From: a virus
Length of the DNA stretch: 64,000 bases
IMG/VR virus record: IMGVR_UViG_3300022562_001814
Span: 104,738 to 168,737 of that record
Direction: 5' to 3' (one strand)
The translations under genes and the position numbers were made by a program. Below, piece by piece: positions 23,153 to 31,902 of this stretch (within the stretch, counting starts at the first letter, position 1; each line of letters begins with the position of its first letter). The notes under the pieces are model-generated. The model made no database searches, was not told where the DNA came from, and was given only the letters and a program-made list of their open reading frames with translations.

Positions 23153-26100
23153 ATGAGAAAACCAATAAGCGCTAAACAAAATATTTGGTTTAATGGACAA
23201 GCAGTCGATAATAGCGATCTTACATTAGAGCAAGATTATAATAATCTAATCCAAACCGGTTTGATTCATAATCACTTAGGTACTGGTATTTTATTAGAAG
23301 ATTTAACACAAAATACTTTATTTGATTCTGATTTAGCTTCTGGATTATTAGATGGGAAGGCCACTGATGTTCAGTTACAACCCAATGATAGTAATTATGG
23401 TAATCAATTAGAAATAGAATTACAAAATTCCGAAGCTGCTGGAAAACGTAATTTTAAATTACTTATTATAGGTATTGATTTTGATAATAATTTACAATAT
23501 GACACGTTTGTATTTAATAGAAACGAAAAACAATTAAGTAAAAAACATTATACAAAAATTCTTAAAATATTATTTAATGATTTTATAGGCGATCCAACAG
23601 AATCTTTTAATTTAGGTGGTAGATTTACTATTAAAGAAGCCAAACCTTGTAGTTTAAGTAGAGATTGTGTTATGGTTGCTCAAGATTTACAACCTAATAT
23701 CTTTTTCAGAGATTTCTTTGTTGGTTCTGGTAGCAGTTTAAATACAGTATTAACTCTTGCATTACCTAGTTATAATATTGATACTTTAAATATTACTTCA
23801 GATTATAAACAATTAAGAGAATTAACCGAAGATGATGTAAGTTCTCAAATAGGTCAAAAATTTCAAGCAACAACTAATAATATTCAAAAAATAACATTAC
23901 TATTAGCAGTAACCAATTCCGTTGATCCTAATGATTTGGAATGGTCCGGAGATTTAATTATTAGCATATTTCAATTACAATCAGCACTTGATTGCCCATT
24001 AGATATTGCCCCAGGAACAGCTATTGAATTTGATCCTTCTAACATTCCATTAGCACAATTAAGTTTTAATTATAATAGTTTGTTAGATAAGGGAATACAA
24101 TTAGGAGAAACGCCACAACCGGTAGATTTTATTTTTAGTAACACTCCGGTTGGAAATGGAAGTATTATTAAAAACGGTAGCTATTATGTGGTTACTATGA
24201 AAAGAGCAGGTTCTGCAGATAAATGTACCATTCAAGCTGCTACGGGGGCTAATAGATTAGATAATTCTACAATTACATTTTTTAATGGTGCTATTTGGGT
24301 AGACGTACCAGATGAAGATTTATGGTTTCAAGTATGGACTGATTCGGCTAAAGTATCGGATGGACAAGCTTACGAATCGGGGCATGGAGTTATAATACCT
24401 AAAACTAACATTAATAATACAACGGGATTAACAGAAGATTATTCATTAGATGATATTCAATTTGTTAGAAATGATGTTTATTATGGTATCGTAGAGGCTA
24501 TAACAGAACAAAGCGTATTAGTTCAAGATCAAAGAACCGGAGAATCGGTAGTTTCACAACAACAGTTTATTCCAGAAATTTCATTACTAACAGCAACCCA
24601 ATTAGTTGAAAGAGAAAAAGTATCCGATCCTCTTATACTCGGTAGTATAACAGATAAAAATGCAAAATCAGTAAATGCTGGCACCGCCGACGTGTCTGCA
24701 AGCTTTCATCATTTCTCAATGATTAATAATAAATGCATTCTTAAAGTTATTGATGACCCGTCAGATGGGTATAGATATGATTTAAATGTTTTAAATTTGA
24801 TTACTGAATTAACCGGTAGCGGAGGCGTCTCTAACATTAATGGATTACTAAATGGTAAAATAGTTATAAACGATTTAGATACCTCTACTTTTTATCGTAT
24901 TGCTGACACCGAAATAATTTCTATGATTTATGGCGATTTAAATGGGGATGGGGTTGTAGATGATAATGATTTGTCAGAAATGTTAGATCTTTTAGATAGC
25001 GATTTAAATACAGTTCCAACATATGATGAATATATTACTCTTACCACTCTGTTCAAAGATGATAATAGCTTAACTTGGGAATTATTAGATGATGATTTAG
25101 TTACCGTTATTGCTTCTGGTTCAGATGGTATGATAACAGCTGATCCTCAAGATAGTACTAGAGCAATTTTTACTAGTGCTAGTGCCACCTTCACGGCGTT
25201 TTTATCATTAAGTACTAAAAGGCTTCGTATATTAAATGATATTAGTAATCCAGGTAATAACGGTTCGTTTAAAATTACTGGCTTAATTGATGATTATAAT
25301 ATAAATATTAGAAAAATATATTATAATTCTGATACTATTCTTAAAATTTTAAGAGCAGATATTAATGGGGATATGGTTGTAGACGCAACAGACGTAACTT
25401 TGATGACTAATTACATTGATAAAGTGGCTCCATTTCCTGCAACAACATCGCCTGCTAATAAAATTGGAACTAAATTTACAGCAATACGATTTACTTTGGA
25501 ACAATATATCGATAGAGCAGATGAATATACAGCTTCGTCCGAGCGCGGCATCGATGTACATCCTTTACCTGATATGTTGGTAGATGGTTATCTGGCTGGA
25601 TATTCTTTGTTTGGCATAGATTTAACGAATAGTCCGGTGGATTTTACAATCACCAAACAACTCAATTGGTTTAATTATTTGGTTAATACAAATTCTAATC
25701 CCAAATTAGTACCTATTTCTTTTAATTATCAAGAGGGCTTTAATATTAATGATTGTTCTTTAGACGGCATAGTTAATGATAAATATCCATTACCACCTAG
25801 TTTTGATCCGGGTAGAAATGATATGTTTTTACCAAATAATATAGTTGTTAATTATGGGGGAGAACTAGTACGTCCTGATGGATATTTTATGAAAATGGAT
25901 TTCGAGGTAGGAAATATAGTATTTGAAATTCCAGCAATATCATTTAGTGCTGAAAAAACTATTAACATTTTTACAGATTTTGTTGTAGATTATAGTGGTG
26001 ATGGGCATACTAGATTAGGTTATGAAGCCATGCGATTTGCTGATTGTTCATTTGTTGATTTGGATGCACTAAATAAAGAACAAGTTAGATTTACTGTGGC

Positions 26101-26359
26101 GGTCAGATCTTTTAGCCCCCAAATTGATGGCATAGATATTAATGATCTTGAAGGCGTTATTGTTGATGGTAGAATTGGAGTAGCAATAGATGCTTCTACC
26201 GGACTTTTAACTCTCAATTTCTCCAATCTATATGAAGACCCTATTTTACAAACTTTAAAAACAAGGGTACAAATAACTGTTTTCTTAAAAAAAGCTGGAT
26301 TTAATAACGATACTGTTATTATTAGTTCAACCAAAGTCAAAAATTTACTAGGATTGTAA
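23153..26359 (+). CDS. Virion structural protein with dockerin/EF-hand-like Ca-binding loops
   Basis: N-terminal WFNGQAVDNSDLTLEQDY resembles baseplate/fibre attachment N-termini. Contains GDLNGDGVVDDNDL and ADINGDMVVDATDV. Confidence 0.6.
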   Translation: MRKPISAKQNIWFNGQAVDNSDLTLEQDYNNLIQTGLIHNHLGTGILLEDLTQNTLFDSDLASGLLDGKATDVQLQPNDSNYGNQLEIELQNSEAAGKRNFKLLIIGIDFDNNLQYDTFVFNRNEKQLSKKHYTKILKILFNDFIGDPTESFNLGGRFTIKEAKPCSLSRDCVMVAQDLQPNIFFRDFFVGSGSSLNTVLTLALPSYNIDTLNITSDYKQLRELTEDDVSSQIGQKFQATTNNIQKITLLLAVTNSVDPNDLEWSGDLIISIFQLQSALDCPLDIAPGTAIEFDPSNIPLAQLSFNYNSLLDKGIQLGETPQPVDFIFSNTPVGNGSIIKNGSYYVVTMKRAGSADKCTIQAATGANRLDNSTITFFNGAIWVDVPDEDLWFQVWTDSAKVSDGQAYESGHGVIIPKTNINNTTGLTEDYSLDDIQFVRNDVYYGIVEAITEQSVLVQDQRTGESVVSQQQFIPEISLLTATQLVEREKVSDPLILGSITDKNAKSVNAGTADVSASFHHFSMINNKCILKVIDDPSDGYRYDLNVLNLITELTGSGGVSNINGLLNGKIVINDLDTSTFYRIADTEIISMIYGDLNGDGVVDDNDLSEMLDLLDSDLNTVPTYDEYITLTTLFKDDNSLTWELLDDDLVTVIASGSDGMITADPQDSTRAIFTSASATFTAFLSLSTKRLRILNDISNPGNNGSFKITGLIDDYNINIRKIYYNSDTILKILRADINGDMVVDATDVTLMTNYIDKVAPFPATTSPANKIGTKFTAIRFTLEQYIDRADEYTASSERGIDVHPLPDMLVDGYLAGYSLFGIDLTNSPVDFTITKQLNWFNYLVNTNSNPKLVPISFNYQEGFNINDCSLDGIVNDKYPLPPSFDPGRNDMFLPNNIVVNYGGELVRPDGYFMKMDFEVGNIVFEIPAISFSAEKTINIFTDFVVDYSGDGHTRLGYEAMRFADCSFVDLDALNKEQVRFTVAVRSFSPQIDGIDINDLEGVIVDGRIGVAIDASTGLLTLNFSNLYEDPILQTLKTRVQITVFLKKAGFNNDTVIISSTKVKNLLGL

Positions 26360-26379
26360 TTTCAAAATACCTAAAAATT

Positions 26380-26396
26380 TATCAATAGTATTGATA
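26380..26396. promoter_or_regulatory. Perfect 8-1-8 palindrome TATCAATA-g-TATTGATA upstream of the glycosyltransferase cluster
   Basis: Seen directly in the 75-bp intergenic gap. It overlaps a TGATATATA motif, and an extra TATTGATAA half-site follows. Confidence 0.4.
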
Positions 26397-26434
26397 TATA
26401 TTAAACGAATATTGATAATGAAAGCCAGGTATCA

Positions 26435-27559
26435 ATGAAAGTATTGCTACAACAATTTTTAAGTTCTAATCATAGTTGGTCGATAGTTGGACAAAATATA
26501 GCGCGTTCTTTAATTAAAAAAGGACATGATGTAGAATTGTTTTCTACTAATGGTATTAAACATTTTCCAGAAGATCTTCGTTCCAATTTAATTGGATATT
26601 GTGATGAAAAGCAAATTTTTGGTGAATCACCAAAAGATTTATACGATATGCAAATTAGTTATACCGCTTTTAAAAATTTTCCATTTTATTTATCTCACGG
26701 TTCTAAGAATAGGTTTGGTTTGTGGACATTTGAATTTGCCGGGAAAAATGCCCTTCCAGATGGATTTGCTAAACATTATAAATTTTCTGATAAAATTTTA
26801 CCACCATCTAATTTCGCTAAACAAGTGTTTATGGACTCTGGTGTACCAGAGGATCATATGATGGTAATACCTCACGGTATTGATTTTAATCAGGCTGATA
26901 CGGCAGAACCTTATAAATTACAAACCAAGAAAAATAATATTATTTTAGCAGTAATAGCACAGGTACATAGACGAAAAAATCTAGCAGGTATGCTAGAGAT
27001 GTATGGTAAGGCTTTTACTAAAGATGATGATGTTTGTTTGGTGATAAAAATACAAGATAGACCACCAGTTCATCATTTTGAATTATCATTTAAACAAATT
27101 TTTGATTCATTTAAAGATAAATTCAAAAATCACGCAGAAATAGAAATTATAAAAGAATTTGTTCCTAATATATTTTCCCTTTATAAATCTTGTGATATTG
27201 TATTTTCGGCTTCCCATTGTGAAGGTTTTGGTATTACAGCATTAGACGCTCATGCTTTTGGTAAAATTAATGTTGCTTCTAATTATGGTGGGTTCTTAGA
27301 TTTTTTAAATAAGGACAATGCTTTATTAATTGATGGTAAAGAATTTATCGTGCCTGCAAATTTTTTGTATTGGACACACAAGATTAAAACCAGGGCTTTT
27401 ATGCCAGATATAGACTCTGGAGTAGAACAACTACGATATGCTGTTAAAAATAAAGATATGTTATTAGAGCACTACAAAAAAAATATAACATTAGCTAAAA
27501 CAACCTATAATTGGGATATCGTTACTTCTCAAATTTTGGAGTTAACTAAAAATGTCTAA
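26435..27559 (+). CDS. Glycosyltransferase, GT4 family (GT-B)
   Basis: VIPHGID, RKNL, and LYKSCDIVFSASHCEGFGITALDA (EGFG motif), followed by VASNYGG. Confidence 0.9.
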   Translation: MKVLLQQFLSSNHSWSIVGQNIARSLIKKGHDVELFSTNGIKHFPEDLRSNLIGYCDEKQIFGESPKDLYDMQISYTAFKNFPFYLSHGSKNRFGLWTFEFAGKNALPDGFAKHYKFSDKILPPSNFAKQVFMDSGVPEDHMMVIPHGIDFNQADTAEPYKLQTKKNNIILAVIAQVHRRKNLAGMLEMYGKAFTKDDDVCLVIKIQDRPPVHHFELSFKQIFDSFKDKFKNHAEIEIIKEFVPNIFSLYKSCDIVFSASHCEGFGITALDAHAFGKINVASNYGGFLDFLNKDNALLIDGKEFIVPANFLYWTHKIKTRAFMPDIDSGVEQLRYAVKNKDMLLEHYKKNITLAKTTYNWDIVTSQILELTKNV

Positions 27560-28943
27560 CTATGATTTTACATTGGATATGGAAACTGATAATTCAAATT
27601 CATTAATATTAAGACAAATAAAACCTAACACAAAAATATTAGAATTTGGACCTGCCCACGGAAGAATGACCAAATATTTAAAAGAGGTTTTAAATTGTGA
27701 GGTTTATGTTGTAGAAAAAGATGAAGAATCTGGAAAGATGGCAGACCAATATGCTGTTCATAGCTGGATTGGTAAGGAGTTCGGTGAAATTGAAGGATAT
27801 GGCTATTGGTTTCTTGATAGTAAGAGAGATGAGTTAAAATTTGATTACATTATTTTTGCGGACGTTCTAGAACATTTAGTACAACCAGATGAGATATTAA
27901 AACTTTCATTACAATTGCTTACAGATGAGGGATCTATATTGATTTCAATTCCCAACATAGGTCATAATGCTTTATTGATTGATTTATTACAAAATAAATT
28001 TGATTACAGGGAAACTGGCATTCTTGATAAAACACATTTAAGATTTTTTACTCACGATTCTTTAAAGAAAATGATATCGTCGGTAGGATTAACTATATCG
28101 AAAGAAATCAATGCAATTAATGCTGTTGAAAATACAGAATTTAAAAATGCTTATCAACAATTGCCATCTGAAGTGAGCGCCTTTCTTAAAGAACGTGAAT
28201 ACGGGGAAGTATATCAATTTATTTGGAAATTAGTAAAAACTGAATTCAAGCTTAGTATTGTTATACCAGTATTCAATCAGTGGAATTTTACTAAAAGCTG
28301 TTTAACAGATCTGTTGAAATTAGATCCTTCACAAGTTGAAATTATTATTGTTAATAATGCTAGTACAGATAATACTGCAGAATTTCTTAAACAATATAGA
28401 GCCACAAATCCTAATTTAGTAGTTATTAATAATGAGGTAAATTTGGGCTTTGGCAAAGCTTGTAATATAGGTTATACAAATGCTAAAGCCGACACCGTTA
28501 TGTTTTTAAATAATGATATACGTGTAAAAAATGAATTTGATAGTTGGATTAATCGCGTGTTAGATAAATGTACTGATAACAATTTAGTTGGACCGACTGG
28601 TGGTAAAGTAGATCCCAACAACAATTTTCAATTTTTATATGAAACTAACGATCCCAAGAAGGATATTAATTATTTAAGTGGATGGTGTATTACTGCTAAA
28701 AAAATGGTCTGGAACAAATTAATTGAAGAACAAAACATATTTAAAGGACCTTTTTCTGAACAATATTTTTGTTATTTTGAAGACACGCATTTATCATTTT
28801 CAGCAAAAAAAATAGGCATTGAGTTTTGCGTGACTGAATTGCCAGTAGTTCATTTTGGTAAAATGAGTAGCAAGCAAATAAATACTTTTGGACTCTATAG
28901 TGCATCAAGATCAACGTTTATTAATAATTGGAAACGAAAATAA
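27552..28943 (+). CDS. SAM-dependent methyltransferase / GT2 glycosyltransferase fusion
   Basis: N-terminal ILEFGPAHG, FDYIIFADVLEHL, GILDKTHLRFFT. C-terminal LSIVIPVFN, IVNNASTD, NLGFGKACN, FLNND, YFED. Confidence 0.9.
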   Translation: MSNYDFTLDMETDNSNSLILRQIKPNTKILEFGPAHGRMTKYLKEVLNCEVYVVEKDEESGKMADQYAVHSWIGKEFGEIEGYGYWFLDSKRDELKFDYIIFADVLEHLVQPDEILKLSLQLLTDEGSILISIPNIGHNALLIDLLQNKFDYRETGILDKTHLRFFTHDSLKKMISSVGLTISKEINAINAVENTEFKNAYQQLPSEVSAFLKEREYGEVYQFIWKLVKTEFKLSIVIPVFNQWNFTKSCLTDLLKLDPSQVEIIIVNNASTDNTAEFLKQYRATNPNLVVINNEVNLGFGKACNIGYTNAKADTVMFLNNDIRVKNEFDSWINRVLDKCTDNNLVGPTGGKVDPNNNFQFLYETNDPKKDINYLSGWCITAKKMVWNKLIEEQNIFKGPFSEQYFCYFEDTHLSFSAKKIGIEFCVTELPVVHFGKMSSKQINTFGLYSASRSTFINNWKRK

Positions 28944-29022
28944 TTTTATTCGTACTTTTCTTAAATAAAAACATAATTATATTGTGCGCGTAAACCGAAA
29001 CCTTAAATTCAGGAAATTTCAC

Positions 29023-30003
29023 ATGTCCCTTTCAACAAAAATATTAATGACTTTGGTAGCTATCGCGCTTATTTGTGTGAGCGGATTTATTGTTTTTAAA
29101 CAAATTGAAAATGCTAATCGATTAGATGATATTCAACAATCAATAGTTGAACAAAAACAACTTCTTGACAACATTTCGAGAGCACAAGCTCAATATGCAT
29201 CAAAAGAAGATTTAGAAGCATATGCAAAACAACAAAACATTAATCTTGATGTAATTAAAAAAGATTTGGAAACTTTAAACGCTCAAGTTAAAGCTATTAA
29301 TGGTGTGGTGGTCACTAGTAGATCTCAAAATAATACAAATGTACCATCAACAGGTACCACACCTAGAATTGACCCACCAAACGTTGATCCTAAAACAGAT
29401 CCATATGGTTATTTAACTAATACTCAAAAATTAAAATTGAATGAAAAATTCTCAAATGTGGAAATTCCTTTTGGTGAAATCGGGTTTAGTGCTTGGAAAC
29501 AAAAACCATGGGATATTAATATTGCAGAAAGAAAATATTCTGTTACTTCGGTATTAGGACAAGATGAAAGCGGTAGGCATTATAGTTATTCCAAATTTGC
29601 AATTCAAACGGGCGGAAAAACTTATGATGTTAAAATTGATGAAAATAAATTTTTAGAAGAATATCCACAAGCCAAATTACACTGGTTTAATCCGAGACTT
29701 TATATGTTTGCTAATGGTGGCGTAGGAGTTTCAAAAGCGCCCGTGACTGGTGAATTTACGCCTGGTGTATCTGTTGGTATCATGTCTTATGGAAAAACTA
29801 AAACAAATCCGGATCTTAGTATTTTACAATTAGGCGCCGGATATGGGGTGGTCAATAAAACTTTAGAGCTTTCTGTATCTCCTATCCAATATAATATAGG
29901 ACAGCATTTGCCTTTAATGAATAATACTTATGTTGGACCGACAGTACAGGTTAATACTATTGGAGGAGTTACTGTAGGTGGGGGAGTAAGTGTCGGATTC
30001 TAG
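29023..30003 (+). CDS. Membrane-anchored protein: N-terminal TM, coiled coil, C-terminal beta-strands ending in Phe
   Basis: ATG 29023 follows AGGA. TM segment ILMTLVAIALICVSGFIVF, a heptad-like region, and an end of GGVTVGGGVSVGF. Confidence 0.65.
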   Translation: MSLSTKILMTLVAIALICVSGFIVFKQIENANRLDDIQQSIVEQKQLLDNISRAQAQYASKEDLEAYAKQQNINLDVIKKDLETLNAQVKAINGVVVTSRSQNNTNVPSTGTTPRIDPPNVDPKTDPYGYLTNTQKLKLNEKFSNVEIPFGEIGFSAWKQKPWDINIAERKYSVTSVLGQDESGRHYSYSKFAIQTGGKTYDVKIDENKFLEEYPQAKLHWFNPRLYMFANGGVGVSKAPVTGEFTPGVSVGIMSYGKTKTNPDLSILQLGAGYGVVNKTLELSVSPIQYNIGQHLPLMNNTYVGPTVQVNTIGGVTVGGGVSVGF

Positions 30004-30023
30004 TGATATATAAAGGATAGATT

Positions 30024-30869
30024 ATGACTGTACACGTATTAACATTAAATTGGCAGGGCAAAGACAAAATTAGTAAATTAAAGGAGAGTTTTCGCCCAGC
30101 TATAAAAGATATAGATTATGTTTGGCATATTAAAGATAATGGTTCAACAGATGGATCGGTTGAAGAAATTAAAAATTGGAATGATGTTAAATATAATTTA
30201 ATTGAATACCCAAATAATAGACAAAGTTATTCCCAGGGTATGAATCTTTTGTTTAAGGAAGCGTGTCCAAAAGATGATGATATTATATTAACTCTTAATA
30301 ATGATGTCATTTTTAATGATACAGTGTCATTAAAAAATATGATCAAATTATTAAAAGAAGATAATGATATTGGCATTGTTGGAGCCAAACTTAATTACAC
30401 AGATACGGATAAAATTCAACATTGTGGGGTCTTATTTCATAAGACAAATGGGTTGCCATATCATTATAGAGTTGGTGCTACAGAAACTGCGAGAGATACA
30501 ATTAATAGATATTATCCAGTAGTTACTGGGGCTGTTTCAATACTTCGCGCAGATACTTTTGCAAATTGTTTTACCAATAAATCTGGTTTTAAAGGTTTTA
30601 GGGAAGATTATTTCTTTGCTTTTGAAGATGTTGATATGTGTATGCGTATTAATAATCATTTAAATAAAAAAGTGTTGTATTGTGGTAAAACTAATATTTT
30701 TCATGAAGAAAGCGCATCTCTAAAGAAAAATCCGGTCCATAAAATGTTTATGAATAAAAATTCTAAATTATTTTTAGAGAGTTGGCATAAATATATAAAT
30801 GTTTTACTTTGTGAAAAATATGATGATCCTAATTATAATGTTTATGAAGTGAAAGAATTTAAAGAATAA
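30024..30869 (+). CDS. Glycosyltransferase, GT2 family
   Basis: DNGSTDGS, LNNDV, IGIVGAKL, VTGA and FEDVDMC motifs. Confidence 0.9.
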   Translation: MTVHVLTLNWQGKDKISKLKESFRPAIKDIDYVWHIKDNGSTDGSVEEIKNWNDVKYNLIEYPNNRQSYSQGMNLLFKEACPKDDDIILTLNNDVIFNDTVSLKNMIKLLKEDNDIGIVGAKLNYTDTDKIQHCGVLFHKTNGLPYHYRVGATETARDTINRYYPVVTGAVSILRADTFANCFTNKSGFKGFREDYFFAFEDVDMCMRINNHLNKKVLYCGKTNIFHEESASLKKNPVHKMFMNKNSKLFLESWHKYINVLLCEKYDDPNYNVYEVKEFKE

Positions 30870-30886
30870 ATATTAGGAATGTATAG

Positions 30887-31849
30887 ATGGATAAACGTCG
30901 TTTATTAATTACTGGTTCGGCAGGTTTCATAGGCTCGAATTTTATTCGTAAGACTATTTATGAAAAACACCCATACGAAATTTCAAGTGTGGATAAAATA
31001 GTTAATTCATCTATGTTGAATAATATTTATCAACATAAATTGCATGACTTTTATATAGCGGATATATGTGATCAACACATTATGGATAAAATTTTTGAAT
31101 ATGTAAAACCAGAAATTGTTATACATATGGCGGCTGAATCGGCAGTAGATAAGTCGATACATGATCCTGATGTTTTTATGAAATCAAATATATTGGGTAC
31201 ACAAAATTTAATCAATTTATCTTTAAAATATGATGTAAAATGTTTTTTGTATCAAAGTACTGATGAAGTCTATGGCGCCTTATCATCTAATGAGGATACT
31301 GCGTGGACAGAAGAATCGCCTTTAATTCCTAAAAACCCGTACTCTGCAAGTAAAGCGGCAGGAGAATTATTAATAAAGGCAGCTGCAAATACACATAATT
31401 TACCATTTATAATAGTCAGATCTTGTAATAATTATGGACCTAGACAAACGCCAGATAAATTAATTCCAAGAACCATTAAATGTTTATTAGAAAATAAACA
31501 AATTCCTGTTTATGGACAAGGATTACAAATTAGAGATTGGCTACATACACAAGATAATTGCGCTGCCATCCTTAAAATTTTACGTTCTGGAAAAGTTGGA
31601 GAAACATATAATATTTCCGCCAATCAAGAATTTACAAATATTGAAGTAGTTAAAATGATCTGTGATATAATGGATAAGAGCTATGATCATATCGATCATA
31701 TAACCGATCCAAGACCGGGTCACGATTTTAGATATAGTGTGAATTCAACAAAATTAAGAAATATGGGTTGGTTGCCAAGTTATAAATTTAAAGAAGGATT
31801 GCAACAAACAGTTGAATGGTTTTTAATGAATTCATTTTTTCTTAAATAG
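30887..31849 (+). CDS. rfbB: dTDP-glucose 4,6-dehydratase
   Basis: ITGSAGFIGSNF, HMAAESAVD.SI, STDEVYG, PYSASKA, NNYGPRQ, RDWLH and RPGHDFRY motifs. Confidence 0.92.
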   Translation: MDKRRLLITGSAGFIGSNFIRKTIYEKHPYEISSVDKIVNSSMLNNIYQHKLHDFYIADICDQHIMDKIFEYVKPEIVIHMAAESAVDKSIHDPDVFMKSNILGTQNLINLSLKYDVKCFLYQSTDEVYGALSSNEDTAWTEESPLIPKNPYSASKAAGELLIKAAANTHNLPFIIVRSCNNYGPRQTPDKLIPRTIKCLLENKQIPVYGQGLQIRDWLHTQDNCAAILKILRSGKVGETYNISANQEFTNIEVVKMICDIMDKSYDHIDHITDPRPGHDFRYSVNSTKLRNMGWLPSYKFKEGLQQTVEWFLMNSFFLK

Positions 31850-31902
31850 GAATAAATATGACAGTAAAAAATAGTATCTTGATTTTGCCTAAAGAGGACG
31901 TT

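Noticed and set aside
934-26359. Bacterial eCIS, tailocin or T6SS locus instead of a phage
   Set aside because: It is contiguous and co-oriented with DnaB, a loader, RNR, a sigma factor, HNH genes and many small orphan genes, which is typical of a large phage genome.
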